A DNA stretch of 61,704 bases, taken from contig JASCQW010000119.1 in assembly GCA_030264375.1 (NCBI GenBank), positions 6,700,277 to 6,761,980 of the forward strand. The letters run 5' to 3'. The first letter of the stretch is position 1. Each line of letters opens with the position of its first letter. This document shows positions 26,601 to 41,300 of the stretch, one piece after another. Source of the stretch: Carcharhinus longimanus (lineage: Eukaryota). The notes under the pieces are model-generated. The model saw only the letters and a program-made list of their open reading frames with translations, ran no database searches and was not told the DNA's origin. Made by a program: the position numbers and the translations under genes.

Positions 26601-29600
26601 CTAAAACCCTGCATTAATTTGTCTTGCCCTGCGTTCGTCCATCTATTCTCAGTATTAGAATTAAATACTCACCCCTTGCTTGTAATGGATCAGACAGCAT
26701 AATTCCCAGAAATGCATGAAAATAAACCAATTGTTCACCTAGCAATTCGCCACACATATCGGAAGTTTTGCCACTTTTCATTTTATCATGTCAGTTCATC
26801 AAACTCATGCCCAATTTTAAATCATATACTCCTTAAGGGAATTATCATCCAGTGATTCTGGATTCCAGTGCAACACTTGATCGTATATTCCAACTTCTCA
26901 TCACATTCTGAGTGAACAAGATCCAACTCAAATCAATTTTAATGATGTACCAGTGTTTCTGAAGATGGGTTAAGGTTGCACATGTTCACATTACTCAACG
27001 GAACTACTGAAACAGTGAAGGTCCGAATAATTTCCCCAAAATTCCTCGAAATTTCATGATAAGAGGAAACCACCCAGAAAATAAATAGCAATGTCTTGGT
27101 CTTTCAGGTTGAAAGAATAGGGGAGGGTTTATTTTGGCATTTAACTTAATATTCAGATATTCTACTGTACAAATTCAGTCGGCCAGTGACTGGATGTAGA
27201 ACATTGAAACACTTGCGTAAAAGCCGCGCTCCTTTCAGGTTAATCCCTCCAAATTTCTCTTTTCTGCAGTCCGTATTCTGTTCAGGCTTTGCAAGCACCA
27301 TGTTGAAAAAGTCAAAGAGAAAAGTGTTCTCAGATGGTTATATGCTCTTGTCTCTTGTTATTCTCTTACAAATGCTTTCATGTTTCTGCTGTGAGAAAAT
27401 TGATCACAAGGTACTTTAAAACATATTTTGCTTACCCATTTCTTCAATAATTTTGCCGGGATCTAAAATAAGTTTAAAGATAGCAAAAATAGTTAAAACG
27501 ATTTCCATTGAATCTCTTGCATAACCGTAGTTGTTCGTGCACATTGTGATCGTTGCTCGTTCATCAGTTTCACTTTTGTGCACATTTTAGTAACAATACT
27601 TTTTGGAATTAATTGTATTTTTAGGCAAACTCAGGCAAACATGGATTTTTTTTCCCCCTGGAACATAAGATTAAGCCTGATATCAACATTTGAAAACCGT
27701 TTCTATCATTTGAGTTTCGACAGAGAGAAAACATGACACAGCGATCGCTGGGCAAAGGCATATTAGGAATAATTTTATCTTACATTCAAGAAGATATTTG
27801 CAAGAACAACACATATGATTAGAGTCTAACTGCACCATTCATGGGAAGCGAAAGCACTCTGCAAGTGTCCTCTGATTGTTAGAGACATCGAGAATGCATC
27901 AGTAAACAGAGAAATGACACGTAACCAAGCTTTGCTCAAATTCATGTCAGGCATTTTGACCCTGATTATTGTCTAAACATTTTTTCAGTCGCAGAATCGG
28001 TTCTAATGCTGTGCTCTTTGTTCTGAGTTTTGTAAAATCGGGCTCGTTTCGGCCAACCAAAGCTTTGTCTGCTTTCGACATCAGACGTGAACTTTGCTTT
28101 GAAAGGATTTGTAAGTCTGCTTTACATATAGAAAACATTGCTCACATTTCAGACATAGAACCTCGGATATCATGTAACCCGTTTACACGATGCGCAGAAA
28201 GCATGTTCGGTTTGATGGCAGTATTCTGGTTGTAGCAAAACAATACATGCTACTAGTTATTTGCCTCAGCGTGAAACTGCTGCCTACAATTGTGTCTGCA
28301 ATTTGTTTAAATGCCTTAACGATTCAGAATAAAATATGATAGACTGAGCATTTACCACGTTCCTTCAGTACAGGTTGATGTTTGCCTCAACACCACTCTG
28401 TTATGAAAAGTTTTAGAGATCCGATAACTTTACAACCTATTTTACTTTGATTTTTCTGATGAGTGAAATGTGAAATATTTGTTTTTNNNNNNNNNNTAAA
28501 TTGCTCAAATAAAACTCAGTGGAGACGTTCTGACGTCCAAACAGTTTTTCAGATTCGAATTCGGTTACACGTATACTTCGGAATATCAAGCCATTGTTTA
28601 GCTTTCTAAAGCAACAATGAACAAAAAATAAAGATCACTATTTTCCCTTTCCGAAGAAATTCTGTTTTCCTTATGTGGACTCTCTAGCTTTAGGTCAGCA
28701 GTGATGCCCTCAGATGCTAACATCCATAAGTCCTTCAGCCAGCAGCACATTTGAATGGAAATCATGCATAGCCACACACAATATGACTGTATAAACAAAT
28801 CTAGTAAATCAATGCATATGGAGAGGTAAACGTCGAAACTCGTGGTCTGTCAAAGACTCATAGTCAAGGAGAGAACCTGATTTGTCTATTCAGATATTTC
28901 TGACGAGAACAGTTCTTGAAATAAATATTGAAATAGATTCAAGCTTACACTTTTCCATACCATTAAAAACATCACCTCTGTGTTATTATTCAATCGGTAC
29001 ACCATAACGTTATCGGTGCATTCTGGAATATTCTAATGTTGTAAACTCCAGATCATTGCACAACGACACAAGCGCAAATGCACGCACACACACACACACG
29101 CATATACATATATATAAAATGTCATTTTGTTTAAAATAGTTGGGATAAACGAAATGTTCAGTTTCTGTGTTGAATTATTTTAATATTTTATGGTCGTGAG
29201 ATTGCAAAATAAAACCGAAAAGAAACGTGTCAAAATAATGCATTGGACATTTTATTTACCCGAAACTGCGTCTTCGACTTTTGCATCTAAAGAAATATAA
29301 TGATGGAAACACCTTCATCTTCATTTGACCACGAGCTTTCGAGTAACTTTTATAACATAGAATGTGGATACAAACGACAACTATGGGGTATGGAAAAGAA
29401 ACACGTGCTGGAAATATCAAGCACGGGGAAACAATAATGAAGTAATTAATGATAATGAAGTAATTGAACGCCAAGAAAATAGGGTGCATGCAATGCTGTA
29501 AGGGCTTTGTGGAAATGGTGAGATACTCAGCGGTTTATTCCAAAAGATAGGTCCCAATCAGCGAAAAGTGCATATGCCAAGAAAAGTGTGATAAAACGTT

Positions 29601-32337
29601 GAATACACAAGGGTCAGCACTCAAGTGATGCAATGTTGTTAATCTGCAGTCTACGTCCCTGAAGTTTGAAGTTACTTGCTAGTTTAGCCGTCCAACATCA
29701 AGCATTCACTCTCATTGTCACCAAAGAGAAAAAAAAGCTGAAGCATCACCATTTAACAATATCCAAAGAAAAACGTCAACATAGGTACTGAGGCAAATCC
29801 TTCCAAACAGATGGCAACAACTATCGAAAATAACAAGGTCAGCAGATACATGGGAATGCAAACTCTTATTTTTTTTTTCCCCTGCAAAACATTCAACATT
29901 CTGATCTAATAACATGACTGTTGTTGGGTTAAGATTTGACATGTTTTTCAAAAGAACAACATTGTTGTACCTGAACCTGTAGACTACAGGACTGAAATGA
30001 GTCATTTCATCACCATACTCGTAAGGATAAGTCGGGGTGACCATTAATTGCTAGCCAATCCATCGAATACTCATGGATAAATAATAAAAAAAAAAGTTTT
30101 CGCTCATCATAAGGGCCTGACCCTACAGAGATTGGTGATCGAGTTTCGATATTTTCATAACTAGCTTTTAGTGAACCAACTGTCATATGCTAGGGAGAAC
30201 ATAGTGATTGCTTATTCGAATATTCTGCTTTGTCGATACAGAGAGCAGATATAAAAAAAAAATCTGACATGTCCATGTCAACCGACATGGAATGTTAGTT
30301 CGGAGAAAGTTCGAATCTTCATACGTGGAAAGAAAAAAAAATGGTCTGATGTGTAAAATAATTCGAACACCAGATGTTTTTGCCTTAGAATCCAACGAAT
30401 GCAGGGAGATTTGATGGCAATTATTGGCCGTTGTATTGCCACTATATGCCTCTGGAAATGTTTGAATGAACGAAACATTAACAATATGTTTGTTAATATT
30501 TGAAATATGAATCACTTGATACACCAAGAGTGCATTGCCTTGTGGAAATGTCAGACTTGCATTGCCCATTTGCGATATCCTTAATAAAGAAGATGCATGA
30601 AACCTCATTTCAAATTAAATCGACCAACGAGACGGCAACGGTGTCCAAGTGACCTTCCGACATGTTCTTTGTCGTGCCTCCCTTGTCTTGAGCTTTTGTG
30701 CGTTTAGGGAGCTCGTACTAGTTTATCTTGATGCACATCGTTACATAGTGCGCGGGTTTATTTTTGTAGCCTTGGAATTATATTTTCTGCTGATGTAAGA
30801 TTTGTAAAATTATCCTGTTGATAATGATCCCTTGGAGTACACAGACTTTCACTGAATGAACCTCACACACCCTCCTTGTCCACTCGACTTGTGCTGCGCG
30901 TATAGGTGGTGAACTTGGCCNNNNNNNNNNNNNNNNNNNNNNNNNNNNNNNNNNNNNNNNNNNNNNNNNNNNNNNNNNNNNNNNNNNNNNNNNNNNNNNN
31001 NNNNNNNNNNNNNNNNNNNNGTGAAGTGAGGAATTATGTTCCTGTATCAGTCTTAGGTGGCCCATCGAACATAAATGTATTAGATATTTCGACACGTTCC
31101 ACACCCTATTCAAAGATATATCCTGAGAACTCTTGCACTTCTGTGCACATTTGTTGTTCTTTGTAATATTAAGTTGATGTTTCTTTTTACAATTTGAGGT
31201 CAATTTCTCAATCTACATCGCCTCTTAAATTATTATAGAGTGAATATATTACTCTTTATTCATTTTATAACTTTTCCAGATGAAAAATGACAATGCCTTA
31301 CATTGAAATTATACTGTGGGAAAGATCCTCTTCACTATGCGTATCGTCCCTGTCGGGACATTATATTGCAAATTCTTTCCTAAACACTGAGGGGGAAAAA
31401 ATGGCTGAAATAAATTACCCTGGAGAAGATTTCCCCGCAATTATTTTGTGGCAAAGAAAAGTAGAAAGATTCGTCACAGATACTTGAAACATTATATTGA
31501 AATAAAACATTGCGGGACGTGAGAGGTTTAATAACGGGACACGATATTTAGACCTGCAATGATCGCTATGGACAACCGTCAATAGATGTACCCGTAGGTT
31601 ACATAAAATACGAGCTGTGCTAGTAGGCGAGTCGCGAATCGCCTCATAGACAAGGAGGAGCGGGAGGCTCCAAATACTCTCTTTCTACGCAGGCTGATTG
31701 TCAATGGGGCTGCCCAATGACACTTTGAGTACGTTGCAATTCAAGACTAATGAGAAGAATGAACTGGGTAAACTTATTACACTGGCAATGATGAATGAAT
31801 ATTGCTTTGCCTCCTAATAATTTATTGTTGAGACAAATACATTTTCGTTAAGAAACATCTTCTTATTTTGGAAACTAGAAGGTCATAGCTGGCTGGGCCT
31901 AATAGGCAGAGTGCATTAATTAGTTTTTAGGGCACAATACTGAAAAGGTGAGAATAGAATTTATTGTAATGGCGGCATTCGGGTTACATTCCCGTGAGGT
32001 TTGCATTCTTTCAACAACTGTTGCAAGCTGGCTATATTATCATGTATTGGAAATTAAGTCAACTACAAGTTTCACAGCGACATGCGATGAAATGTAAATT
32101 AAAGTTGACAGATTAAAAACAAACATAGATGCTGGTACATTTCCTCCAGCAAAATGACCCATTTTTGTGTTACCATTTTTAACTACTTGCTAACAGCTGC
32201 ATAATAATTCTGCGATGTATTTATTTTAATATTAACCAGATATTTATTCATTCTTTACCTTGGAAAATTTCGCTCCAGTTCACGCCTGAATATGTAGAAA
32301 TATTTTGGAAGTATTAAATCTGTTATTATTATTATTA

Positions 32338-32378
<41 letters not shown>

Positions 32379-35300
32379 GCCATTATTAAGTACAAACTTG
32401 TTTTGTATAACTTGCTTCACGCAAAATTGACAAGCAATCGCATCTAACATTGCATTAAAGATACATTTACGGAGAACGAGGGGAATCTATTTTGCCGTAA
32501 CTTCAATGTTGCCAATGTTGGATTTGCTGGGACGCAAGTAAAAATGCTTTGGAAGTTCGGACTTGAGAGGTATGGTGGGGTGTATGTGGCGGGGTAATTT
32601 CCCAGAATTGCAAACATTCTACCGACAGTTGAACTGCATTGCAAATAATGCGGCAATGCAACTAGTCACTGGTGTAGTTGGATAGTTCTTCTATAGTTGC
32701 GCAGATACATACGAAGGAAATGGTAAAAGGAAACGTTTTTGAATCTATAGGGAACAATTATAAAGACCGAGAATGGCAAGACAATAACTATTCTTATTTT
32801 TTTTCTCAAATTACTGATCACAAGATTCCGGTGACAACTACTTCAAAACACACCAAGCTGCATGTTCCCCGCCGGTTGACACCACGAGAATTTGCGAACT
32901 CATGGTTCTCCGCAAATCTATGCTTTTAGTAAAGATGTTTGCATGTTCCCTGACCAGACAACGACCTTTGAACATTGCTTGTTTACGCCAACGAACATAT
33001 GAAAAATAAGCGTGGCGCTCGTGCCTCGACCAGAAGTCAACTGCTCAATTAGCTGCGCGGCATCTTTTTTTGCATTGCCTAAGCACGCCTGGTGTTCGGT
33101 TTTTTTTAGTGCAATTAGCAGGAGACGATAAATACCCCGGGAACTGTTCTGTATTTGGAATGAGTTCATGTCTGGTACCTAAATCATTAGACCAACATGA
33201 TGGATTTAAAGAAAACAGNNNNNNNNNNNNNNNNNNNNNNNNNNNNNNNNNNNNNNNNNNNNNNNNNNNNNNNNNNNNNNNNNNNNNNNNNNNNNNNNNN
33301 NNNNNNNNNNNNNNNNNNNNNNNNNNNNNNNTGTTGGTCACAAAAAAAGAGTCGACAGTGAGTTTAAGGAAAGTAAGAACTCTGTTATTAAAATAATCTT
33401 TCAATATTTTGATTATTTTTTAGCACACCAAATCTGTTAGTGCGTTCAATTTCACAATTTTAACGGGATTGCATAGTCGAAATTTGAAGTACCAGATGTA
33501 TGGCTGATCTGCCATCGAATAAAATTCATTGGCATCATTGTTTTTCTTCACAAGCGGAGGAACTGCAACATCCAATCATACAGTGTGGCCTAAACGTCGT
33601 GATACAGAATTGGACAGTTCAGCCCATTGCAACTTCCAGGAAAATAACACAAAAAGTCAGTTATTTACTTTCAGCTCAATTAAATACTTAAATACTACAG
33701 AACAGCACGACTTAGATCTTAACTGGGATCAGCGCTTCATTCCCAAACAGCTGTTTAAGCTGTGAATCGCGGAAATCCACAGATATCTGGCTGACACTAA
33801 TTGTTCTTTCGTCTATATTCTAATCCACCTACTAACCACAGAAAACCAATAGCTTCCTGCAATTGACTCTTGAGCTATGGGAAAACATTTTTTTTCTATT
33901 TCTGCCATCAACGGTTCTCCTACTATTCGCAAACGAATATGTATCACCTCCCTAAATTCCATTCCAAAAAAGCATCGATAATCCCAAACTCTTTTGATAT
34001 CTGTAACTTCCAACTCCGGGACAGTCCGTATAAAACTGCAATGCAATCTCTCCAGAAGAGGTACACCTCCTTGTCATGTGCTGATCAGAATTGTGCCTTG
34101 ATACACGTTAGAATTTGTAACTTCCAACATGTTTGATCTGAGATAAAGCAAAACACTGAAATACTGGAAATCTCAAACAAAAACAGAAAATGCTGGAAAG
34201 TCTCAACTTTGACAAAAGGCAATCAAGCCTCAAAACTAAGGCTCTATTCTCTGTCCACAGATGCTGTGAGACGTGGAAGATTTCCTGTATTGTTATTTTT
34301 TTTGCATGTTATTTCTAAGCCTAAATACTGCTAATGTGTTCAACAATCTTCTTCACTTTCAGCAAACAGGCATCGTGACACTTTTCGGACAATTGTTCAG
34401 CTGCAAACATTGCTGGATGACAATATGAAGCAGAGTGAAAATGAACAATGAGAAGTATTAATCATGATTATCTTCATTTTTTTACCGCTCTGTATCAGTT
34501 CTTGTTTCATTTTTTCATTTTCTGTCATACAGAAGCAGACATGAAACATTAGGTATTAAAATAGAAATTTCAGGTAATTCACGACAAAACAAAAACGGAT
34601 ATCTAACATCTTCAGATGATGTTGAGTCGAAGATTTTCATGAGGAACACATTAATTTGAATAATCTTATTGTGCTAAATGTGCTGTTTCATTTGCAGGTC
34701 ATTTTTTAAATTCCAAATTAGTGGCGAGATATTTGGTTCGTGTTTCTTATCTACATTGCCCAATAACTTTAATCCACGAAAAAAAAGATTCAGTACACGG
34801 AAATGAACAGATCTTCCCCCCACCCCGTTTATTCCTAATAAAACTTTTAAGGCCATTTGGAGTCTTGTTTTTTGCTACCTTATTGACATTAAATAGGTGA
34901 GCAAACATTCATTAGTGGCAGTTGGGGTATGGAAGGGATTATTAATGACATTTAAACATCAATATTTATTTTGTATTTATCATTTAAATGACAGCTGCAG
35001 CTTTNNNNNNNNNNNNNNNNNNNNNNNNNNNNNNNNNNNNNNNNNNNNNNNNNNNNNNNNNNNNNNNNNNNNNNNNNNNNNNNNNNNNNNNNNNNNNNNN
35101 NNNNGGCTGTGGGAGTGTGGGTGATGGGGGGGGGGGGGGGATGGAGTTTAAAAATTGGCAAATCATGTTGCAGCCTTATAGCACCTTAGTTAGAACGTGC
35201 CTGGAATATAGTATTCAATTCTGGTCGCCGCCCTACTGGAAGGGTGTGGAGGTTTTGGAGAGGGTACAGAAAAGGATTAGAACGATGCTGTCTCGTATGG

Positions 35301-38300
35301 AAGACGATATTAGCTATAGGGAGAGTTTTCACAAACCTGTTTTGTTCTCACTCGATCAATGGAATAGTGATAGAAGTCTACAAGAACATGAAGGACATGG
35401 ACTGAGTGGATAGTTTTTTTCCCAGGGTAGGAGATCCAGTTACTAGAGAGCATAGGTTTAAGCTGTGAGAGGCGATATTTCAAGATGTGCGAGACATTTT
35501 TTTTACACAAAGAAAGTTGGGTGCCTGGGACTCGCTGCCGAGGGAGTTAGTGGATCAGATGCGATAGTGAAATTTCAGGGTCATTATGACAATTTCAAAA
35601 GTAGGATGGGAATAGAGGGATATGGTCCGCAGAAGAGTAGGTGGTCTTAGGTCAATCGGCAGCATGGGTATTTCAGGTTCCGAAGGCTGGAGGTCCTCTC
35701 CCTGTGTTGTAATTTCCCCTGTCTTTTGCTCTTTGTTTTTGTACATCGTTTGGCCTGAGTTTATAAGGAGAAAAGAAGTGAAGCTGTCTTTTAATGATCA
35801 TGTTTCATTTTTTCCTCCTAGGAATGATGTGTTGCGACGTTGTTGTTTGTAAAATTATCTTTTAAAAGGATGATGCCTGTTGTATTTAGAGTTGTCTGTT
35901 TTCTGTAAAGTACATGAACCCAGAGAGCTTGGAGTGAAACATTGACATCAGGAGGCCAGGTTGAAGTATTGCCAAGACAACAGGCTTAAACAATATATCC
36001 TGGTTTAAACTGTACTAACGGCAGCCTATCAGATTTGAGGTTGATGTTTTTGTAACCTGATGTTGATGTGACATAAGATGTAACAAAGAGATATTTCAGC
36101 TCAAGAGACAAAAATAACTGGTCTCTGTTATCAACTACTCTCTTTGCCACAATTAATTTATTTTAGAGCAAAACTCATATGAATTGAAAACATATTGAAG
36201 GAAGCCAAAGATACCATGCAGAAGAAACAAGAATGACATTAGAATATCTCTGGATGTAAAATCTGATTATATGTTTAGTGTGGTTGTAAATAATCTACTC
36301 CTTGCGAAAAAGTGGATTTGTACTGATCTAAACAGCATTCTATTTGAATAGCGCTTTATGTGGTATGTTAATTGTTTAGTCAACCTGTTCAGTGTTAGTT
36401 AAATAAAAAAAGTGTTACTTGTATGTTTTACAGCTAAAGTTTCATGTAGTTATTTTGAGCTGATCACCAAAAGTTGCTGAAGAGCAGATCACACTACTTC
36501 TCACTCACGTTTAAAAGCATATAAAGTAACATCCTCTCCTCTAAGTGGTTACATGAGAGCGGTGGGTCAATCTCCCGTTTGTACCAATACGGAAATTGTC
36601 GGGTCAGTAAACGACGGTGGGGGGAATTTATTTGTTGAGCCAGATGAGGCAGGCGAGGTCCCTAACGAGTACATTGCATCCGTATTCACAAAGGAGAACA
36701 ATGAGGTGGATGGTAAGTGTAGAACTGAGGTTGTTATCATTGGAAGACGTTTTGAGATGAAAAGGAAGGAGATACTGAATGTTTTAAAAAATGAGGGGGT
36801 GAGGGGTATTTACAGTCAAATAGGATCTATTCCAGAATACTGAGAGTGAGGCGGGAAAAATCTGTTGAGGACTTGGGCAACATTTTTGTATCCTTTTTAG
36901 TCACGGGTGAACGACCAGAAGATTTCAGAGCAGCAAACATATACAAGACAGACGAGGAAATCCGGGAAATTCCGGACCTTTGAGTCTTACACCAGTGATG
37001 GGGAACTGAATTGGACAGATTCTTTCGGACAGGATGTGCAAGCGTCCAGAAGTGAAAAGGCTTAATCGAGGCAGGCAGCAAGGTTTTCTGGAGGGGAGGT
37101 CGTGATGCATTAACGTGGCTGATGCATTTGAGGAAGTGAGAAGAAACAATGACCAGTACAGGGCTGTGGATGCTGCATGCATGGGTTTTCGTACGGCCTT
37201 CCATCAGGCGCATGGCAGCTGATACAGAAAGTGAAGCAATATGGGATCCGTGTTGAGCTGGTAAGATGGATACAAAACTCGTTTGTATTTTGAAAGCAGA
37301 CAGTCTCAGTGCAAGGGTAGTTTTCCGAATGGAGGTCTTTGACAAACCGTCTTCCAAAATGATCACTGCTGGAGATTATGTTGCTTGTGATCACGTACAT
37401 AAATTATTCAGAAGTAGTCTCATTAGCAAATGTATGTAGCCTGATTAGCAAATTTGCAGACAACACAAAACTTGGGTGAGTAGCGGAAAGTGAGAATGAC
37501 TTGTAGAGGATTCAGTAAGATATATTCGGGTGGAAAACTGACTAGAAATATAGCAGATGGAGTTTCACCCGGACAAATGAACGGTTTTGCGATTTGGAAG
37601 CCTTATTGCAGAATGAAAGTATGCAGTGAATTGTGGAACCCTTACAAATAATACAGATGGATCGAGGCCGACAGATCCACATTTCCAGAGAGTATATCAG
37701 CTGAGGTACAGGTGGTACCTCAGCTGAGCATGTTGACCAAAATGGCACATTGATTGCAACGTGATGAATATCGGTAAATCGATAGATGCGCTCTTCTTGG
37801 AGGTAATCATTTATGTCAGACATATATGACATAAATATTAAACTTTCCCTTTCCAGTTCACGTCGAAATACAGTCCAACCCTTCCTCAAAGAGTCTTAGA
37901 TCGCTTAACATCTCAGCAATGGTGAGGCGTTTTGAATATTCTGCAACAAACCTCATTTTCAACTTGGGACTCACAGGGATTCGTTGATGAAAGAGCTGAT
38001 GTTGTTTGGATCTAACCATTTCGAAGAGGATTGTCAACAAGGGATGTGTGGAGGCAATTCAGAATGACCTGTAGCAATCTCAATCATCTCTACATACTTA
38101 GTTTGTGCCATGAATTGCTCCAGTCAAAGTAAAACTTTACAACTGGGCTCCATAGATATATGATTTTCGATGCATGGTTGAGTTGAGAATCAGTCAATTT
38201 TGGGGTTGTTAGCGTGAACGCTTTTCAACAGAACTCTTGGATTCAGCTCTTTTTCTCCTTGTTTGGACAATGATAACATTATTGGCCCCTGGAAGATGCA

Positions 38301-41300
38301 ACTCAATGTCAGTCGGTTGATTATTAATTAATAAATGATTACTGTAAGTTGAGTTTATGAAAGTCCCCATCAACTTGCTGAGAACCGAGAATTAAACAAT
38401 TGTGTTATAGTTTGGGATGCGTTTTTTTTTTCCACTGAAATGCCATAATTATTCTCCACAAAGTCTTCTAATGTTCCGGATACGATGGAAAAAAATAAAC
38501 TTGCCTAATGTTGCAGCTAAGTCTGGAGGAGTGGTCATCAATAATGATGCCGGAAAGTTCTCAATTGCCGTCACATTTGAGTTATCTAGTGCCTCCAGTT
38601 TTATCTTCAATTAACGTAGACTTATTCAAATTTGCCCCGCTATATCTGCAATTATTATGGGAATTCAGATCACTATTCGAATTATATCTGTCTTTATCAT
38701 ACATTTCTAACGTTTTAGTCTCTTCAACTTTAGATTCAGAAGAAAGATCATGACTAACGTACTCTGTTCATCGTTTGCTTATATGGGAACATTAAACTGA
38801 TTGTTAGAAATACGATTGTTAGAAATACGATTGTAATAAAATGCTGAGCGATTATCTAACTGCAACCGTCATCCTATTACACATGACAACATCATTCATA
38901 CTACTGAAATAATTTCCCTTCTACGGGATCCAATAATTGAACAGAAATGTAATCAAAATTTGATGCATACTAAGCAAATCTAACGCATAACAGTGCACGG
39001 TATTTCTTGCATATCTGAAAAGCATTTTGCGCAAAGAAAAAAATCAAAATTTGGAAAAAAAAAACAGATTGTTGTACATGCTTGTCAGAACTATCATGGC
39101 ATTTGTAACGATTGTTGTGAAATCAAGTACGGCACTGTCCACTGGAGGGGAGGAGGGCCCACTTCACATTGTGGAAACATAAAATCCCCACAGTACAGAG
39201 AAGGCCATTCGACACTTCGATTCTACGGCGACCATGATCCCATACAGGTCCTATCCCCGTAACCCCATTTACTCTGCCAGTCCCCCTGACACTAAGGAGC
39301 AATTTAGCATGCCCGATTAACCTAACCCACATATCTTCGGACTGTGGCAGGAAACCGGAGCACCCGGAGGCAATCGACGCAAACAAATTGTAAACGTCAC
39401 ACAGGCAGTGACTCAAGCCAGGAATTGAACCTCGAACCCTGGCATTTTGTGGCAGCAGTGCTAACCGATGCGCCACAATGCCGCTTATAACTTTCTCCTT
39501 TTTTGAGTTGATGTTTCGTAAAGGAGTGAAATTCATTCCTCTATTGCAACATTGCTATGCACATAAAAATGGTGTATTGTTGATATGTACTACCGTATCT
39601 TGAGGTAGAAAATACTCAAAATAAAATAGTTACCCAATTGGCATTTAATCAGGTCAGTTTCTAGGGAAACAAGTGTGAAATAATTAGAAACATTATAGAT
39701 AAAAAAAAAACTGGAGGACTGCGATTTCAAATTTTCGAGAGAAACACATCTGTTGCCCGCGCAGTCAAAAATAAAACATGTTTGCCGTGGAGAATCCTGT
39801 CATTCAATTTGCACTTAGTTCAAAAATGGTTAGAGGGATTGAACAAGGAAAATGCATAGAAAAGAGCAGGAGACCTAGACGGGAAAAGGATGGAGGCACG
39901 CTGGTGGTGGATGCTGGGTGAAAAGCTCTTAGAGAGTCTCTGCAGGTTATTGGGACGGATCAGCCTACTTCGGCGCACTAGTTATTCTATGGATCCAAGG
40001 TCATGCAAAAATNNNNNNNNNNNNNNNNNNNNNNNNNNNNNNNNNNNNNNNNNNNNNNNNNNNNNNNNNNNNNNNNNNNNNNNNNNNNNNNNNNNNNNNN
40101 NNNNNNNNNNNNTGTAGTTCGTGTAATCAGCGCACGTTTCAACTTCAGACAATGTTTTATTATTTGAAAAACACCTGCGTGCCGATGGACGATCTGATTT
40201 TTTCCCCAAATTCTTGAGTCTCAATACTGCAATTTCAAATTGTCCGCCCATTAATTCGAACGTCAAAACGGGGGGAAATTCAAACAATCTTATGCACATT
40301 GTCTTCGTATTAAAATTAATTAAAATGAGTGTATATAAACGAACATCATGAATCAGATAAGAAAACAATGCAGAAGTAGTAAAAAATCTAATGAGCGTTC
40401 GTAAATTGCATTGGTCAACTGCAGTGGAAAACTCCAATGATTGGCAAAGTATTGCCTTCAGCAGATATGCTCTCGTTTCATTATTGAAAAAAAGTGATAG
40501 CGTTATGCGAGTGCAGTCACACCCTCGATTTTGTTCACCAACAGCGCTATAATGGAGAATCAGACAGTTTTTTTTTCTGTTCCTTTTCGGGGCGACTGTA
40601 AAACGTTTGTTTACATCATTATTATAGCCGGAAATGCTACAAACTTGTGTCTGGACCATACTCCATGCTTGAATGTAGCAAGGCAACATCATCAGCACCA
40701 AGCAAATATCCCTGGGCGCCGGCGTCAATAATTCGAACATTTCTAACATTTGTAATCGGGACCAAGTTTAGTTGAATATTACCGGAACTGTGCTTAAAAA
40801 AAAACAAACGGGCAACGAAGCAGAAACAAACTTTCACCGCGTGTTTGGGCATTTTGCCCTTTTCAGCTAACTATACGTGAGGGTCCTGGACCCCAGATAT
40901 ATTTTGCAGCCAGATTGGGNNNNNNNNNNNNNNNNNNNNNNNNNNNNNNNNNNNNNNNNNNNNNNNNNNNNNNNNNNNNNNNNNNNNNNNNNNNNNNNNN
41001 NNNNNNNNNNNNNNNNNNNAGCCAGATTGGGCATCCAGTTTGTTGCTAACATAGAGACGATGGCATGGTTAAACCAACAGAAACTGCGAAAATAAATTCC
41101 AAATATTTTATCAAGACAAGCTTTATTCGTTAAACAGTTTAAGAATCTCTAACAAAATTAGCTTAAAGGTTAAAACAAAAGGGCGGCGAGGACAATTTGG
41201 GCCGAAGGGCCTGTTTCCATCCTCTAAACTTCTATGATTCTAGAATGAAGCATCACAAATTATAACAGTCGAACAATGGTTTGAAGAAAATGAAATGTAT

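Noticed and set aside
38799-38834. 15-bp tandem duplication gattgttagaaatac
   Set aside because: Ordinary slippage duplication with no sign of function.
39982-40749. 255-aa ORF and other ORFs containing X runs (e.g. 17424-18149, 53435-54292)
   Set aside because: Lengths are inflated by read-through of N gaps; no recognisable domains.
40908-41031. Identical 12-mer agccagattggg on both sides of a 100-N gap
   Set aside because: Most likely contig-end overlap from scaffolding rather than a target-site duplication.
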